Source: a virus (taxonomy: Duplodnaviria > Caudoviricetes). Taken from it: a stretch of DNA of 64,000 nt. Location of the stretch: the IMG/VR virus record IMGVR_UViG_638276483_000001, positions 46,866-110,865 of that record; one strand, written 5' to 3'. Under the pieces are notes generated by a model. It worked only from the letters and a program-made list of their open reading frames with translations, was not told the origin of the DNA and did no database searches. Below are positions 1 to 12,181 of this stretch, in pieces (positions within the stretch are counted from its first letter, which is position 1; each line of letters opens with the position of its first letter). The position numbers were made by a program, and so were the translations under genes.

Positions 1-235
1 CGAGCTGGTCGGTCTTGCTGGCCACCGGTTTAGCCTTCGTGGGCGAGGCGTGGTGGGAGCGCTTTGCCCCGCGGATCTTGCGAGCCGACTCGATGAATCC
101 CGCGAGGGCTTTTTCCAGCTCCTCGTAGGTCGAGTTGACAAGATCAATCTCGTAGACCTCACCCGCCAGGGCGAACTCTCGCGTAGTCGCGCCTTCTTCG
201 CCCGTGATGTCGTCTACCAGTACGACCTTCTTCAT
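1..235 (-). CDS. lsr2: Lsr2-like nucleoid-associated/xenogeneic silencer protein (N-terminal part; runs off window start)
   Basis: Manual translation MKKVVLVDDITGEEGATTREFALAGEVYEIDLVNSTYEELEKAL matches the Lsr2 dimerisation domain pattern (LVDD..G, F...G..YEIDL); not in the ORF track. Confidence 0.85.
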   Translation of the reverse strand, partial: MKKVVLVDDITGEEGATTREFALAGEVYEIDLVNSTYEELEKALAGFIESARKIRGAKRSHHASPTKAKPVASKTDQL

Positions 236-270
236 GTGGATCTCCTTTGATAGCCGGAATGGTTATCTAG

Positions 271-299
271 AAGATATAGCGCCTATGGATAAGCGTCAA
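271..299 (-). promoter_or_regulatory. SigA-type promoter upstream of lsr2
   Basis: TTGACG-17 bp-TATCTT on the minus strand; AAGGAG RBS downstream. Confidence 0.6.
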
Positions 300-324
300 C
301 CCTATCCTTGAAAAGAGTTACTGG

Positions 325-3300
325 TCATTCGTCGAATGCCTTCCTGATGAGGTCCAGCTCTTCACGGTTGCGTTCTTCCCGTGCTTTCAGGGCTTCGGCT
401 GCGGCGGCGCCCACGTCGTGGGGGACGTCCGCCAAATGGGCGTAGATGTCTGCGCTCATCTGGCAGAACGCCCGATACTCATCCGGGTCTTGGATGGGGC
501 ATTTTTTGAGGGTGTCGATCGAAGCGTTGAGGTTGTCCCACGCGGCGATCCACGCCTCTACACGAGCATCAGTCATTGTTCCTCCGTAGGTGCTCATCGT
601 CAGGACTGTCGTGCCACCTATCGATCAGATCGTCGAGGTACCGATTCCAGGCCGAGGTGGTGACGGGCACGCCCTTACATGAGTGGATCACTTCGAACAC
701 CCATTTGCCGCAGCGCTGACATTCTTTCCGGCCGTCGCCGGGGTCCGTAGTCGGATGACTCACTCCAGCGGCCTCACTTTCGTGCTCTTCACCGCCACCG
801 TCTGATACGGGGATAGGCGGGAGGTAATGGACCCGTAATCCGCCTCCGGGTCCACTTTGATCGTGCAGAACACCCAGCCGCGCTCAACTTTCTCGACGTG
901 GCCCCGGTGTTCTAGGCCTTCGAATTCGACGATGACGTCATCGCCAGGCTTGGGTTTCACGCCTTCTCCAAAAGTCGGGTGAGCTCGGCGCGCACCGATC
1001 GGTAAACATCGTCCAGCGCGTTGATCGCGTCGGCGACTGTTGTGTAGGTGGGCGGGGCCGGAAGTCGGTAGGTCATCTCAATCTGACCTCCGCCAACGAC
1101 GGACCTGCTCCGGGTTTGTCCGCTCACAGTTCTTGCTCCCGCCAGTTAGGGTTGGCCGCCTCTACCGCGGCCGAGAAGTCTGCCAATTCGTCTCGCATCC
1201 AATCCGCGATCTCGCCATTGCGGCTGTAGTGCTTGAAGTGCTTGCCCGGGCGGGTGGCGGCCATCCAGCACGTGTGATCAGAGAACAAGTCCAGGTGGAC
1301 CGAGCGGTCGCCGCCGCGCCAATAGAACGTCAGGTCCCCGTTGTCCGGCGCAATCGAGGCGTACACGGTGTCCGGGGTGAAGAGCTGCTCCACCACCCTG
1401 TAGCCCCACTGGGCCATATGTAGGCCGATGTGCCCGCCGCTCCAGAGGTTGGCGATGTCCAGTTTGGCCCGCTCGGTGGCGGAGCGTGTATCAAGCTTCA
1501 CTCTGGCCGGGCCCATGGGATTCAGGTTCCCCGGGCCTGGCCGTTTGGTCACGGTCGCCTTCAGCGCCGGGTCCGCAAGAGTCCATCGTTCGGTCACGGG
1601 CGGAACACCTCGACGTTCCCCCACGGGCCCTTGTGGTCAGAGAGCTCGTCGGCATCCCCGTTCGAGTACAACGTGAGCCACGTCTCGTCATCGACCTTCA
1701 CGTAGACCGCTGCCAGACTGGACAGGAGGAGCGTGGCACGCACCGTGCCGATCGGGTCTCGTGGCTCTGGCTTCTCGGTGATGTCGTACTTCTCCAGCAG
1801 CTTCTCGGCGATGGCGGCGGACGAGGCCCCCCGCACCCTCTGCTCGTAGAGCAGGCTCACGAGCTCCCGCGTGTTGATGTTGGTCATACCTTCTCCTTGC
1901 GATGCAGGCGGCTAGCAGCCGCGACGTTTAACATGGGCTCCACCGGAGCCCCGCGGCACAGGGACCGCGAACCCACCAGCTCCAGCCCGTTCTTCCGCCA
2001 GCGTTTGACGGTGTCCACGTCGACGCCGAGCATCTCCACGAGCTGGGCGGCCGACTCGCACCACTCGCATGGAACTTCTTCTTCCAGCATCTCCTCGGAG
2101 AGGATGTCGGAAGCGAACTGGGTATCGCTCACCGGGAGCCCTCCTTTGGCGGCTTGACCACTGCATAGCCCTCGGCGCCCAGATCCGCCAAAATCACGTC
2201 GGCCGCGGCGCGGCGCACCTCATCACTCCACCCGGCGAGAAGTCCAAGGCTGCGCAGTGTGCGGGCAATCCTTTCGGACGCCCCGACATCAATGAAGTCT
2301 GGGCGAGGATTGGACCGCAGGATATCCTCGATCCATTCGTCTAACTCACTCATCGCTCACCACGTATCCACGCTTGAAGAAGGCCGTCCGGACAATCTGC
2401 TGGGCGAGATGGATTTTGTGGACGGCCCGGGAATGGCCAACGGCGACATGGAACGCCCCATTCTCGTGGGCCGCGTCCGCCTTGTCCACCGCGTCATTCC
2501 AGAGTTTGTCGAGCTCGGTCATGATCTCTTTGAGGATGTCGTTCATCCGAACCCCACATGTTCGCCAGCGTCAATCGCCCTACCCAGTCCTTCTATGAAG
2601 GTGCGTAGTCGCCCCCTCAGATAGTCATCATCATTCGCCAGCCGCTCGTACTCCGGCTCCAACTCTTCGAGCCTGGCCTTCAACCGGGGGAGATAGCCGC
2701 GTCGCAGCTCCCCGTCGCAATCCGAATGGATTAGCAGGTAGAGAACGTCATCCTGCTTGGGGATTCCGTAGATGTCATCCGGCCGCCGCCAGACGGGGTC
2801 CTTCTTGCGCCATCGACCCTGGTAGTTGTCGAGCGTATAGAGATCCCAGTCAAAATCCAGAACCGGACTGCCATGGCTCCAGTGGTCAGGGTCGCTAGGG
2901 ATGATGTAGGGGAGTCCGGCGGCGCGCCCAACAACCTCACGGAACCGGGCAAACCCGCTATAGGCCCCGTGCCAACAGTCGTGCGTAGTGTCTAGTCCCA
3001 TCTTAATCCTCCCGGTACCAGGGCTTGATTTCGCCGACCCGCAGCCGTGGACCGTAGGGGTGGCTAAATCCCCACAGGCCTCCCGCTAGATTGGGGTTGC
3101 GCTGGTCGATCCGGCGCCACATCGACGCAGGCGCGAACGACAACCCGATGCTGGCCAGCTCCAGTGCGAGCAGTACCCAGAAGGCGATCCACAGGGCGCT
3201 CATTCTCGCCACCTCCATTTGCCGTCCTCGCCCAGTTCCTGTATCGCGGTGTTCCACCAGCGCTCGGGCACCGGCCAGTCGGCGGTGCACTCAGCGAGGC

Positions 3301-6190
3301 CGAGTTTCTCGACAATCTCCTTAGCTCCAGCGTCTGCGTCACTGCCAAAACACCCGCCAGGCGTTGAGCGCAGAATGTCGGCTATCATCTTCTCGATATC
3401 GTTCATTTCAGCTCCTTGATCGCGCCCCGCCACTCACACGCGGTAAACCATTCCCGAAGACTGCCGACAAACTCTTCCGCCTCTTCTGGCCCGTCGAGAT
3501 GAAACTCCGCGGCAACAGATACGGTGCGTCCACTGAGAAGCGACCTGCCCTCGGGCCCCAATTCCCGGAGATGACACCAGATGAGGTACCACTCGCGGAA
3601 ATAGTTGAAGATGTTCATGAATTCTCTTTCCCGCAGGCATGGCCCCAGGCACGGTTGCACTCCTTGCAATGAACCTGAATCACCGCACGTACTCCCTCAG
3701 ATACGACAGCGCCAACCGGACGCCCTCAGCTTTGCCCCGCAGCCGGTCGAAATCCGTTCCGTGCGGGAACTTGACGCGCTTCTCGTCGGCCATGAAGTTG
3801 AGTTTCACGATCGCGTCCTCCATGCGGTTGATGAGGTCAGAGACTTGATCAGGGTTCAGGTCAGGCACCAGGCACCTCCCGCCAATCCCGGTACACAAAA
3901 GTCCACAGTGACTCCCGGTACGGCGCCGGTCGGCCTGCGTAGGAGATGGCTTTCGCGAGCACGTGTTCCTCGCCGATCGCGGTGATTTCGATGATCGTTT
4001 CGCCGCGTCCTTCATCGCCGGCGAGCCTGGTGCCGACCTTCCAGCCGTTCTTCCGTGCAGTGTCTGCGTCGCTCATGTCTCGCTCCATCCCGACACCCAG
4101 CGGGCAGCTGTGCGGTCACCGATCCATCCAGGCGGGAGAATCCACCCCTCGCGGGCGGGAACGGTTTCACGGGTGAGTCCTCCGAGGGCTTTATCAACCT
4201 CAGAAGCCACATGCGCGGTGTGTACGCCGTCGCCTGCCGCCGACCACCCGCAGATGCAGTACTCGGCGCGCACCATGTCGAACCCCACGTCTGCGCCGTT
4301 GTACGCGTGCGCATCGATCACCTCGATCATGAGGTTTTGGGCTTCGCTGCTCACGCTTCCTCCCCAACCAATTTGCGCAGACGCTCAACCTCGGCTACCA
4401 ATTCGGCGAGCAGCCGGTAGGACCGGCCCGGTGCGACCGCGACCCGAGACCCCTTCGCCACTTCGTAGTCGACCAGCGCAGCCTTGGCGCGCTCAACAAC
4501 ATCACTCATCAGGTATCTCCATCCAGTGGGTAACGAATCGGGTTGCAGGCTCTGGCACGCCCAGCTCGAAGATGCTCTCGATTACGCGGGTTTCCCGCCT
4601 GAGTCCTCCGAGGGCTCTGTCGATCTCGGCGGCGACGTGGGCCTCGAAATCGTCGAGCGAACCGTCGCGGAAATCACATTCACCCACCCGCGTACCCTGG
4701 CAGCGGGAGTGTCCAGTTTCCAGGTTTAACGTCCGCCGGTGTCGGCGCTGAACCGCGATCATGATCTTCTGCGCGTCGCTCATTGTTCCCCCTCGGCTAC
4801 AACCGCAGCCTTCTCCGCATCCAGCACCGCCAACGTCGCAGGGCTCAACCGAATCCCGTCAGCGACCTTTTGCATGGCTTCAATCGCGGACTGCTTCATC
4901 TGCCGACCGCATTCGCAGGTCCATACGCCATCGACGACCGACCAGGTGCGCGGCACTTCAAGGCAATCGCACGGAACGCCTTCGACCCAACTCACTTGTC
5001 TTCCCCCTCGGCTACAACCGCAGCAGCGGCGGCAGCGAGAAGGGCAGCGGCGATGAACCGAGCCTCAATTATGTTCACCGGCTCGAACGGCTCGCCGTTA
5101 TATGCGATCTGAACCTCGTTCGGGTATCCCCACTGCGAGATGCCGAACAAGCTGCCCGGGCACCACCAGGCCAATCGGTCAGCTGGGGGGAACTCGTCGT
5201 CCTCGTAGCGGGTGGAGTTGGGTTCGGGTAGTTGGACTACCGCCACACCAGGAAGAGACAGGAGGGCGTCAGCAAGGATCTCGCCCGGATCAACTCGGCA
5301 ATCCGACGAGCTACCAACGATCCGGTAGTACGACCGGCTGAGGGCTTCTGTGAGTACTGCACGCAACTCGTCGCTCATCGACCGCTCCGATGAATCTGCG
5401 CCGCCCGCGCCTTGGCCTTGTTCAACGTTGTCCAGTCCCCGCACCACCGCTTCTCCGCGTGCCCGTCGTACAACTCCCAGCGGTTTGATGCCGCGTTCTT
5501 CGGGTGCAGTATTTTCCACCGGCCGTCATCGCTTTCGTAATTGAGATACGGCAGTCTTGAGGGTTCGCGTCGCCAGATGATTGGCATTTTCGGATCGCTC
5601 ATTGTTCCCCCTCGGCAGCATCAGCGGCAGCGAGCAGATCAGCAGCGTGAATGCGCGCCTCGGCCACGTTGACGTGGTTCAACTCCCAGTACTCGGACGG
5701 CTGTTCGGGCAGTTCTACTAGGGCGATACGGTTAGCCCTCAGGGCGGCGATGATGCGCATTGCCACATGCTCATGCGGGGAGTCCGGCCCCCAGCATTCG
5801 CGGATCGGCGCGGCGATGGTGTCGAGAATGTGATCGTTCATTCTTGAATCTCCGCATCCGATGGGGCGAGCGCGGCCAGCAAGCATTGGGCCAGTCGCCG
5901 GGCCTGAACGGGGCCGAGGTTCATCTCCATCCACCCCCACGAGACATTGCATCCCGTGAAAGGCTTTCCGGTCTTCTCTTCAAGCAGGCGCACGCGGTTG
6001 ACCCGGAAGTCGTCATCGTCGCGATCGACATACCATCCGCCGAATTCCCGCTCGGGCAATTCCACTACCGCGATGCGCTCCGCCTCGAATGTCGCGAGGA
6101 TATTGCGAGCCTCGTCATGGTCGAGCGCGGCAACTTCTTCGTCATCCGCCAAGGCTTTGGCAATGGTGTCGAGAATTCGGTCGCTCATCA
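325..6190 (-). other. Leftward operon of about 20 small hypothetical genes (e.g. 325-597, 760-960, 1594-1887, 1884-2132, 2543-3001, 4073-4354, 4502-4783, 4780-4995, 5375-5602)
   Basis: Contiguous minus-strand ORFs with ATGA/GTGA start-stop overlaps; no recognisable catalytic motifs. Confidence 0.75.
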
Positions 6191-6385
6191 CGCCTCCTGG
6201 AATTGCTTCTTGAGCCACTCGCGGGCTTCTTCGCGCTGGACCATCACTCGCCGGCCGATGCGGGCGTACCGCGGTCCGTAGCCCACCTGGCGCCAATACC
6301 GCGCCGTGGCGAGCGACACCTGCGCCTCACGGGCGAAGTCTTCGAGCGTCATGAGGAACGGCTCGTTTGAAGTGTGCTGCTGCAT
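6188..6385 (-). CDS. Excisionase / recombination directionality factor (MerR/AlpA-like HTH); start may be ATG 6352
   Basis: MTLEDFAREAQVSLATARYWRQVGYGPRYARIGRRV pattern; small, basic, divergent from int. Confidence 0.75.
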   Translation of the reverse strand: MQQHTSNEPFLMTLEDFAREAQVSLATARYWRQVGYGPRYARIGRRVMVQREEAREWLKKQFQEA

Positions 6386-6478
6386 GAACCTAACTGTACT
6401 TCACTACGGGGCGTTATGGAATGCAGTGCAGTGTTGAGATTCCTCAACAAAAACGGTTTCCCTGCATACGCTGTCCGT

Positions 6479-7705
6479 ATGCAGAACAGGACCCCGGGGC
6501 GGCACGGCGTCGCCGACATGTGGTACCGAGACGACGGAACCCCCACCAACCTCGCAACCCCCGGGTCCAGCCCCAAAAGCCCCTCGGGTAGCGGCGCCCG
6601 CTGGAGAGCCTGGTACATCGACACCGCGGGCAGGCAGCGCACCAAGAAGTTCCCCAACAAGAAGGCGGCCGAGCGGTGGGCCGACAAGCAGGCCGGCGAC
6701 GTCAATGCCGGAGCCTGGGCGGACCCGCAGGCCCAGAAGGAAACGTTCTCCGTCGTCGCGGAGAAGTGGTACGCCACCAAGTCCAACCGGGAAGCCACCA
6801 CCAAGCACGGCTACCGCAACATCCTCGACACGATCGTCCTACCCAAATGGGGCGACACCCCAATCCGCAACATCGACCACGAGAGCCTTCAAGACTGGGT
6901 GAACGAGCTGTCAACGACGGGGGAGTACCGCACCAAGGGGGAGGGCGGCTTCTCGGCCTCTAGGACCATCCAGATCCACCTAGTGGTCAACGGGGTGATG
7001 AAGTACGCCCTGCGCACCGACCGCATCCTCAAGAACCCCGCAGAGGGCCTGGAGCTGCCCACCAAACGGAAAAACACCCGGCAGCGCTACCTCACCCACA
7101 AACAGCTCCAAGAGTTTGCCGCGGAGATGGGCCGCTTTGAGGGCCTGACGCTCCTCCTGGGCTACTGCGGGGCCCGGACGAGCGAAGCCTTCGGGGCGCG
7201 GGGTAGAGACTTCCGTGGGCGCATCTGGGAGCTTTACGGGGCCATCGTGAGGAACGTCGAGAAGGACACCAAGACCCACCGGGCCCGATTCATCCCCATC
7301 CCCGACGTTGTGTGGAACAAGATCCAGATGCCGGCCAATCCGGACGCCCTGGTGTTCCCCGGCCGCCGCGGGCACATCACCAACGGCGAGTACCGCTGGG
7401 CCTTCGACGGGGCTCTCAGGACGATGCAGGAGCGCACAGAGAAGCTACGGGCCGAGGAGATCGCCGAGACCGGCCGGGCCACCACTCCAGCCTTCCCCCG
7501 GATCACCCCGCACGACCTCCGGCACACCTGCGCCTCGCTGGCCATCTCCTCCGGCGCCAACGTCAAGGCGGTCCAGAACCTTCTGGGACACGCCACCGCG
7601 GTGATGACTTTGGACCTCTACGGGCATTTGCTTTCGGACGATTTGGACCGGGTGATGACCGCTCTCAACGAAGCGGCGGCCGCCGCGTCACCTCGCAGTT
7701 TGTGA
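6479..7705 (+). CDS. int: Tyrosine integrase (start uncertain; ORF open from 6374)
   Basis: Catalytic R (GARTSE), K (TKT), HDLRHT, LLGHA...TLDLY. Confidence 0.95.
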   Translation: MQNRTPGRHGVADMWYRDDGTPTNLATPGSSPKSPSGSGARWRAWYIDTAGRQRTKKFPNKKAAERWADKQAGDVNAGAWADPQAQKETFSVVAEKWYATKSNREATTKHGYRNILDTIVLPKWGDTPIRNIDHESLQDWVNELSTTGEYRTKGEGGFSASRTIQIHLVVNGVMKYALRTDRILKNPAEGLELPTKRKNTRQRYLTHKQLQEFAAEMGRFEGLTLLLGYCGARTSEAFGARGRDFRGRIWELYGAIVRNVEKDTKTHRARFIPIPDVVWNKIQMPANPDALVFPGRRGHITNGEYRWAFDGALRTMQERTEKLRAEEIAETGRATTPAFPRITPHDLRHTCASLAISSGANVKAVQNLLGHATAVMTLDLYGHLLSDDLDRVMTALNEAAAAASPRSL

Positions 7706-7746
7706 TGACTGAAGATGGCTCATACGTACCGTTCAAGCATACTATC

Positions 7747-7971
7747 TGCATACGGCTGAGATTTGCATACCGTCTCGATCTTGAAAAAGTGCCTCTGACC
7801 AGTGCCCTCGGTGAGATTCGAACTCACACTGTACGGGTTTTGAATTTTTTGATCTGGCGTTTTCTACCTGTGGGATTGCAGATCCGCAACACTATTTCCG
7901 CAGGCTGGCATGCGTACGAGCGGTGATTGTTGGCGGCAGCGTGGTCCCATGGTGCATACGATTTGCATACG
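7747..7971 (+). repeat. Integrase arm-type binding sites flanking attP core
   Basis: TGCATACG-like copies at 7747, 7764, 7911, 7953, 7964. Confidence 0.7.
7802..7845 (-). other. attP common core, matching the 3' half of a tRNA-Leu(CAA)
   Basis: Minus strand TTCAAAACCCGTACAGTGTGAGTTCGAATCTCACCGAGGGCAC: anticodon loop CAA, long variable arm, T-arm and acceptor 3' strand, with no 5' half; just downstream of int. Confidence 0.85.
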
Positions 7972-8157
7972 GTTGACCCGATCCGGGGAGTGGCCGAGCG
8001 GGTCTGAGGTCGGCACTCGGGGTGCTGCAGCAAACACTTTGCTGGCCCGCCCCTGCCCTAATAGTTAGCTTGGCTAGGCGGGGCGGAACACTGCTCTCAC
8101 CCGACCACTTGCGGGCCAGAGGTTGCAAACCCTCAAACATCTCCCACTGGGGCTACG

Positions 8158-8634
8158 TCAACCCCAGGGATCTTGCTTCACTGGAACAAGCTCTGACGGT
8201 CTCTCTAAACCGTCAGCTTCTCTTTGATACTTCATAGGCATAGTCGATTTGACGGCATATGAGGGTCTCTTGTATGGAGTCGATCCGACGGCACGTGCCG
8301 CGGGTGCGCAGACCCTCCTGGCCCGGTGCATGACGTACTCGTGTTTGTAGATCCGGTCGCCATGCTTGTACTCGTTGTGGCGGAGCCAGCCGGATTGGAT
8401 GAGCAGTTTCATGGCGTTCCCGACGCGCTTGCTATTCGTCGGCCAGCCGAGCCCGGCGGCGATGCTCCGCTGACTTACATCCCAGCCGTCTTCCAGCGAG
8501 AGTAGGTATGCCCCGACCATGCGAGCGTCGGATGTGAGTTTGCCATCCCGGATGAGCGCCGTCGGGATGACGACGTACCCAGAGTTGGGCATGTCACCCA
8601 GTAACTTGAGCGTGGTTCGTTGCATGTAACCCAT
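8158..8634 (-). CDS. HTH DNA-binding protein (replication-initiator-like N-terminus)
   Basis: VVIPTALIRDGKLTSDARMVGAYLLSL..GW.VSQRSIA pattern typical of winged-HTH Rep-like proteins. Confidence 0.55.
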   Translation of the reverse strand: MGYMQRTTLKLLGDMPNSGYVVIPTALIRDGKLTSDARMVGAYLLSLEDGWDVSQRSIAAGLGWPTNSKRVGNAMKLLIQSGWLRHNEYKHGDRIYKHEYVMHRARRVCAPAARAVGSTPYKRPSYAVKSTMPMKYQREADGLERPSELVPVKQDPWG

Positions 8635-8694
8635 GGAGCCTCCAATTGCGATGGAACAGTAGCTTCAGCGTACTGTGGTACGATTAGGGTTGCA

Positions 8695-9195
8695 ATGCGA
8701 TCTTGTAGCCGGAAGTGGTGTCAGCGCCCTCAGTGGCGCGCCTCGGTATGCAAGCGGCACTGGTTTGAGTACGCCGCCAGCCGCTGCGTGGGCGGCACCA
8801 AGGCGGATTTGAAACTCATCCTTCTAGAGGAGCAGGAGCACCGATGCGCCAACCCCGGGTGTCGAGCGCCGCTAGCCGCCGGTCGCGGCGCCCACCTCGA
8901 TCACGACCACGACTGCTGCGGATCGGGCAAGGCGTGTGTCGCATGCACTCGAGGGATTTTATGCCCGGCCTGCAACCTCATGCTCGGCAGCGCCAAGGAT
9001 GACATCGAGCGGCTTCGCGGCGCTATCGAGTACCTAGAAACCTTCAGGCTGTACGGAAAGCCGATCGCCATCGTGAACCGCGGCAAGCGCGGCAACAGGA
9101 GATTCCGCACGCCCCGCGAGCGCCAGGCAATCAAGGACGCGCTCAGGCCCGAGGGGCAGCTGCCAAGCGAGTGGGAATACCGGCCAGCGCCATAA
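8695..9195 (+). CDS. Endonuclease VII-family HNH protein (start uncertain)
   Basis: QEHRCANPGC...HLDHDH...RGILCPACNLMLG. Confidence 0.8.
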   Translation: MRSCSRKWCQRPQWRASVCKRHWFEYAASRCVGGTKADLKLILLEEQEHRCANPGCRAPLAAGRGAHLDHDHDCCGSGKACVACTRGILCPACNLMLGSAKDDIERLRGAIEYLETFRLYGKPIAIVNRGKRGNRRFRTPRERQAIKDALRPEGQLPSEWEYRPAP

Positions 9196-9266
9196 ACCGT
9201 AGTGTGATCTAGCTAGCATCACACTGTGGTACGATCATGGTTGAAACGTACTTTTAAGGAGTTGAA

Positions 9267-10946
9267 ATGAAGATCATCATCGAGATCGACTACGACCCAG
9301 ACTTGGCCCGCTATCCGGCCGAGGTGACCACCAAGTTGGAGGCCCTTCTGTTTGAGGTGGCCGCGCTGGAAGCCGGCGACTCGGATATCGGGATGTTTCT
9401 CGACAACATGGGTGATATCTACGTGGTGGACGATGATGGGAACCGGGTCTAGTGAGGTATACCGACTACGCCATCGACAACGCGATCCAGGTTCTTCAAG
9501 GATTGGGGCTCGACGTTCCCGATGAGCTTCTAGAGCTTCGCCGGCGCGCCCTGACCCTGCAGCGCTGGCTTGAGGCCGAGGCGGACTACAAGCGTAGGGT
9601 CAAGGCGTGGCTGGACGCCGAAGAACTCTGGAACAACCAGCAGTGGGCCCTCGATAACGTCATGGCCTACCGCGCCGCCAAAGAGGGATGGCTTCGAATG
9701 AAGGAAGTCAGCCCGGCGTTTGACGGGCAGGATGAGTTCGAGAAGCTCGGCATCCGTCTTCAGAATCGGTATGCGCGATTCGCGGTCGGCGCCCTCGAGT
9801 CGATCGGCATCTTTGACGAGGATGCCTGGACTTATATCGACGCAGCGGAGTGTCAGTGATCTATATCCTCGTCCGATCGTTGGCCCCGCTACTCATGCTG
9901 CCGTATGGGCAAGTTGTCATTCGGCCGCTGATCGACGCCGGGCTTAGTCCGTGGGTGATAGGGACCGCGATGGCCGCCCCCATCGTGGGATTTTTGTTCG
10001 GGTGCTTTCGAGAAGGTCGCTCATGAGCTGGCTTAACGAACCCTGCCCGCCCCCGGTGAACACAATCCACAACACCGTCAACCGGGTGGAGCTGATCGAC
10101 CACCGCGAATCCTCCGATAATCGGGGATTGGTTTTTAGCGCCTGGGATGCGAAGTCTGTCCTGGTGTCTATTCAGGATGACCGGACATTGAAGGTGTTTC
10201 TCAGTTGACTAGATATTTCTATGTTCCAGGCATGATGTACCCGTACTGGATCGTGTCCGAGGATAAGGACTGGCCCCGCCCGGGTGATGCGACGACGGTG
10301 GCGATGAATTCGGCCGCGAGCACCGACATGGGCAACCTGTACGGGGATGAGTTCTCCCAGCTCTTTCCGCACGCCGTGGAGATCACGAAGGAACAGTACG
10401 AGGCGCGCGCATGAGCCCCCTGCAATTCAGCCTCTTAATGAAGGAGATCACCGAGCGGGCCGACCGGATTCATCGCGCTGGCCGTGAGCAGAATTCTCCC
10501 GAGAAGATCGCTCGGGCGCGCGGACTCTACACTGCCGTGAAGATGATGCGGAATGCGTGGGCGATGGGGGCGGTTGAGTGAGCGACTTCCCATACGGAAT
10601 CTGTCCCGCTCAGGTGGATGGGTTTACTGCCGACGGGCGCCCTTTCTATTACCGCTGTCGCCATGCCCGCTGGACTATCGCCATAGGCGAGGTGGGCTGG
10701 GGAGCGAACTGCCTGTCTTGGCCGGGGAGCTACCGCGAACGAATCGAGTTCTCCGGTAAAGGTGACTACGCGTCCAAGGTTGAGGTGGACGCCCTTCTGA
10801 CCGAGCACCTGGGCGAGGGGTGGCGCCAAGCCACGTGGGAAGAGTGCCTCTTCACCGAGACGTGCAAGTGCGGAAAAGACTTTGAGTCCAGCGGCAGCAC
10901 GATCTGCACGGAATGCATGGTGAAGAAGTTCCGGGGAGACGGATGA
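9267..10946 (+). other. Cluster of small hypothetical genes (9267-9452, 9452-9859, ~10023-10208, 10205-10414, 10578-10946)
   Basis: Coupled ORFs with RBS; ACTGTGGTACGAT (extended -10-like) repeated at 8672 and 9223. Confidence 0.65.
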
Positions 10947-11133
10947 TCTGGGATTACGCGCTGGACACCGACGACTTCGCCTACACCGCCACAGGCCAGC
11001 AGCCCCGAGGTGCCCCCGGGCCGCGGTCTGCGGAGAGTGTGGAGCCCCCGCCGGCCCGTACTACTCGTTAACGCGTCGAGCTTGATTTGGCAAATATTGC
11101 CGCACCCGTAGGTTATGTCCGGTAGCCTGGGCA

Positions 11134-11385
11134 ATGATGCTACGAGGGGTTTTAGCAGTAGCGATCATGGTGGGGATTAGCGTGGCGGGGGCCGCGCCCG
11201 CAGGTGCGGATGGCTGTTCTCGACCGGTCGTGCTACTCAACGGTGAAGAAGTGCAGCAGCACCAGCCGACGTTGCGGTGCAACGGCGTGGGTGGTTCATT
11301 GGGCGGCGGTGGAGCGCGCCCCAGGGGCCTCCTGGGCGACTTTCCGATAGTGGGCAACCTACCCGGGCTAGGTGGCATCCTTTAA
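11134..11385 (+). CDS. Small secreted protein
   Basis: Signal peptide ending APAGA, two Cys, Gly-rich tail. Confidence 0.6.
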   Translation: MMLRGVLAVAIMVGISVAGAAPAGADGCSRPVVLLNGEEVQQHQPTLRCNGVGGSLGGGGARPRGLLGDFPIVGNLPGLGGIL

Positions 11386-12075
11386 GGCTCGCCGCAGCTT
11401 GCTGAAGCCCTTCATCTTTTGCTGCCACGAATAGGCGGCCGCCAGGGCGAAGCCCGCCAGCCACACCGCGGTGCCCATGAGGATCACCCAGTAGGCGCGC
11501 TCCCCGCCCCATAGGTTGACGTCGGTCATCATACACACGAGGGCGGCCATCTGGCCGAGCTGGGCCAGAAAACCTGCGGCGCAGGGCACCAGGAACAGGA
11601 TGGCCATGCGCCGCTGCCGCTCATCGCAGACGAGGACCAGTAGCGCCAGGATCGCAAACCCTAGAAGGTACGCGGTGGTTGCGGTCATCACCGTGGAATA
11701 GATCTCCAGGTACAGCGGGATGCTCCATCGCCGTCCGTGCAACTCGGCCGTAAACCCTCCGCCGAGGAATAGCGCACCCAGCATGGCGAGCACGCCCACG
11801 ATCATCGGATTGGCCACCCACCGTCGGACGATGTGCCAGGTGTCTCCTTCTATGCGGGAGACCGCGGTGGTGGCGATGGCCCCGGCGCCGGCGACGAGGC
11901 AGATGTGTCCGGCCACCTGGAGCAGGCCGAGACAAAAGGTGAGAACGATGCTGAGCCCAAGGAGGGCTACAGCGATGGTGGACGCCAGCTCCCAGCGCAG
12001 GGACCAGGTCATCCATCGCACCCGGAGGCTCCAGCCGAGGCAGGAGAGGGCAGCGATCGTTAGGGCGGTTGTCAT
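11368..12075 (-). CDS. Multi-pass membrane protein downstream of the repressor
   Basis: About 7 hydrophobic segments. Confidence 0.75.
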   Translation of the reverse strand: MTTALTIAALSCLGWSLRVRWMTWSLRWELASTIAVALLGLSIVLTFCLGLLQVAGHICLVAGAGAIATTAVSRIEGDTWHIVRRWVANPMIVGVLAMLGALFLGGGFTAELHGRRWSIPLYLEIYSTVMTATTAYLLGFAILALLVLVCDERQRRMAILFLVPCAAGFLAQLGQMAALVCMMTDVNLWGGERAYWVILMGTAVWLAGFALAAAYSWQQKMKGFSKLRRALKDAT

Positions 12076-12181
12076 GCTTGGCCTTCAGAAAAAAGAAGCG
12101 GAACGGTCACGGCCAAGTAAACCCTTTATTAAACAAGATCAACAGGGGCTTAAGAAGATATTAAGGCCCGTTGCCGAATTG

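Noticed and set aside
7802-7845. Functional tRNA-Leu gene
   Set aside because: Only the 3' half is present; explained as the attP core
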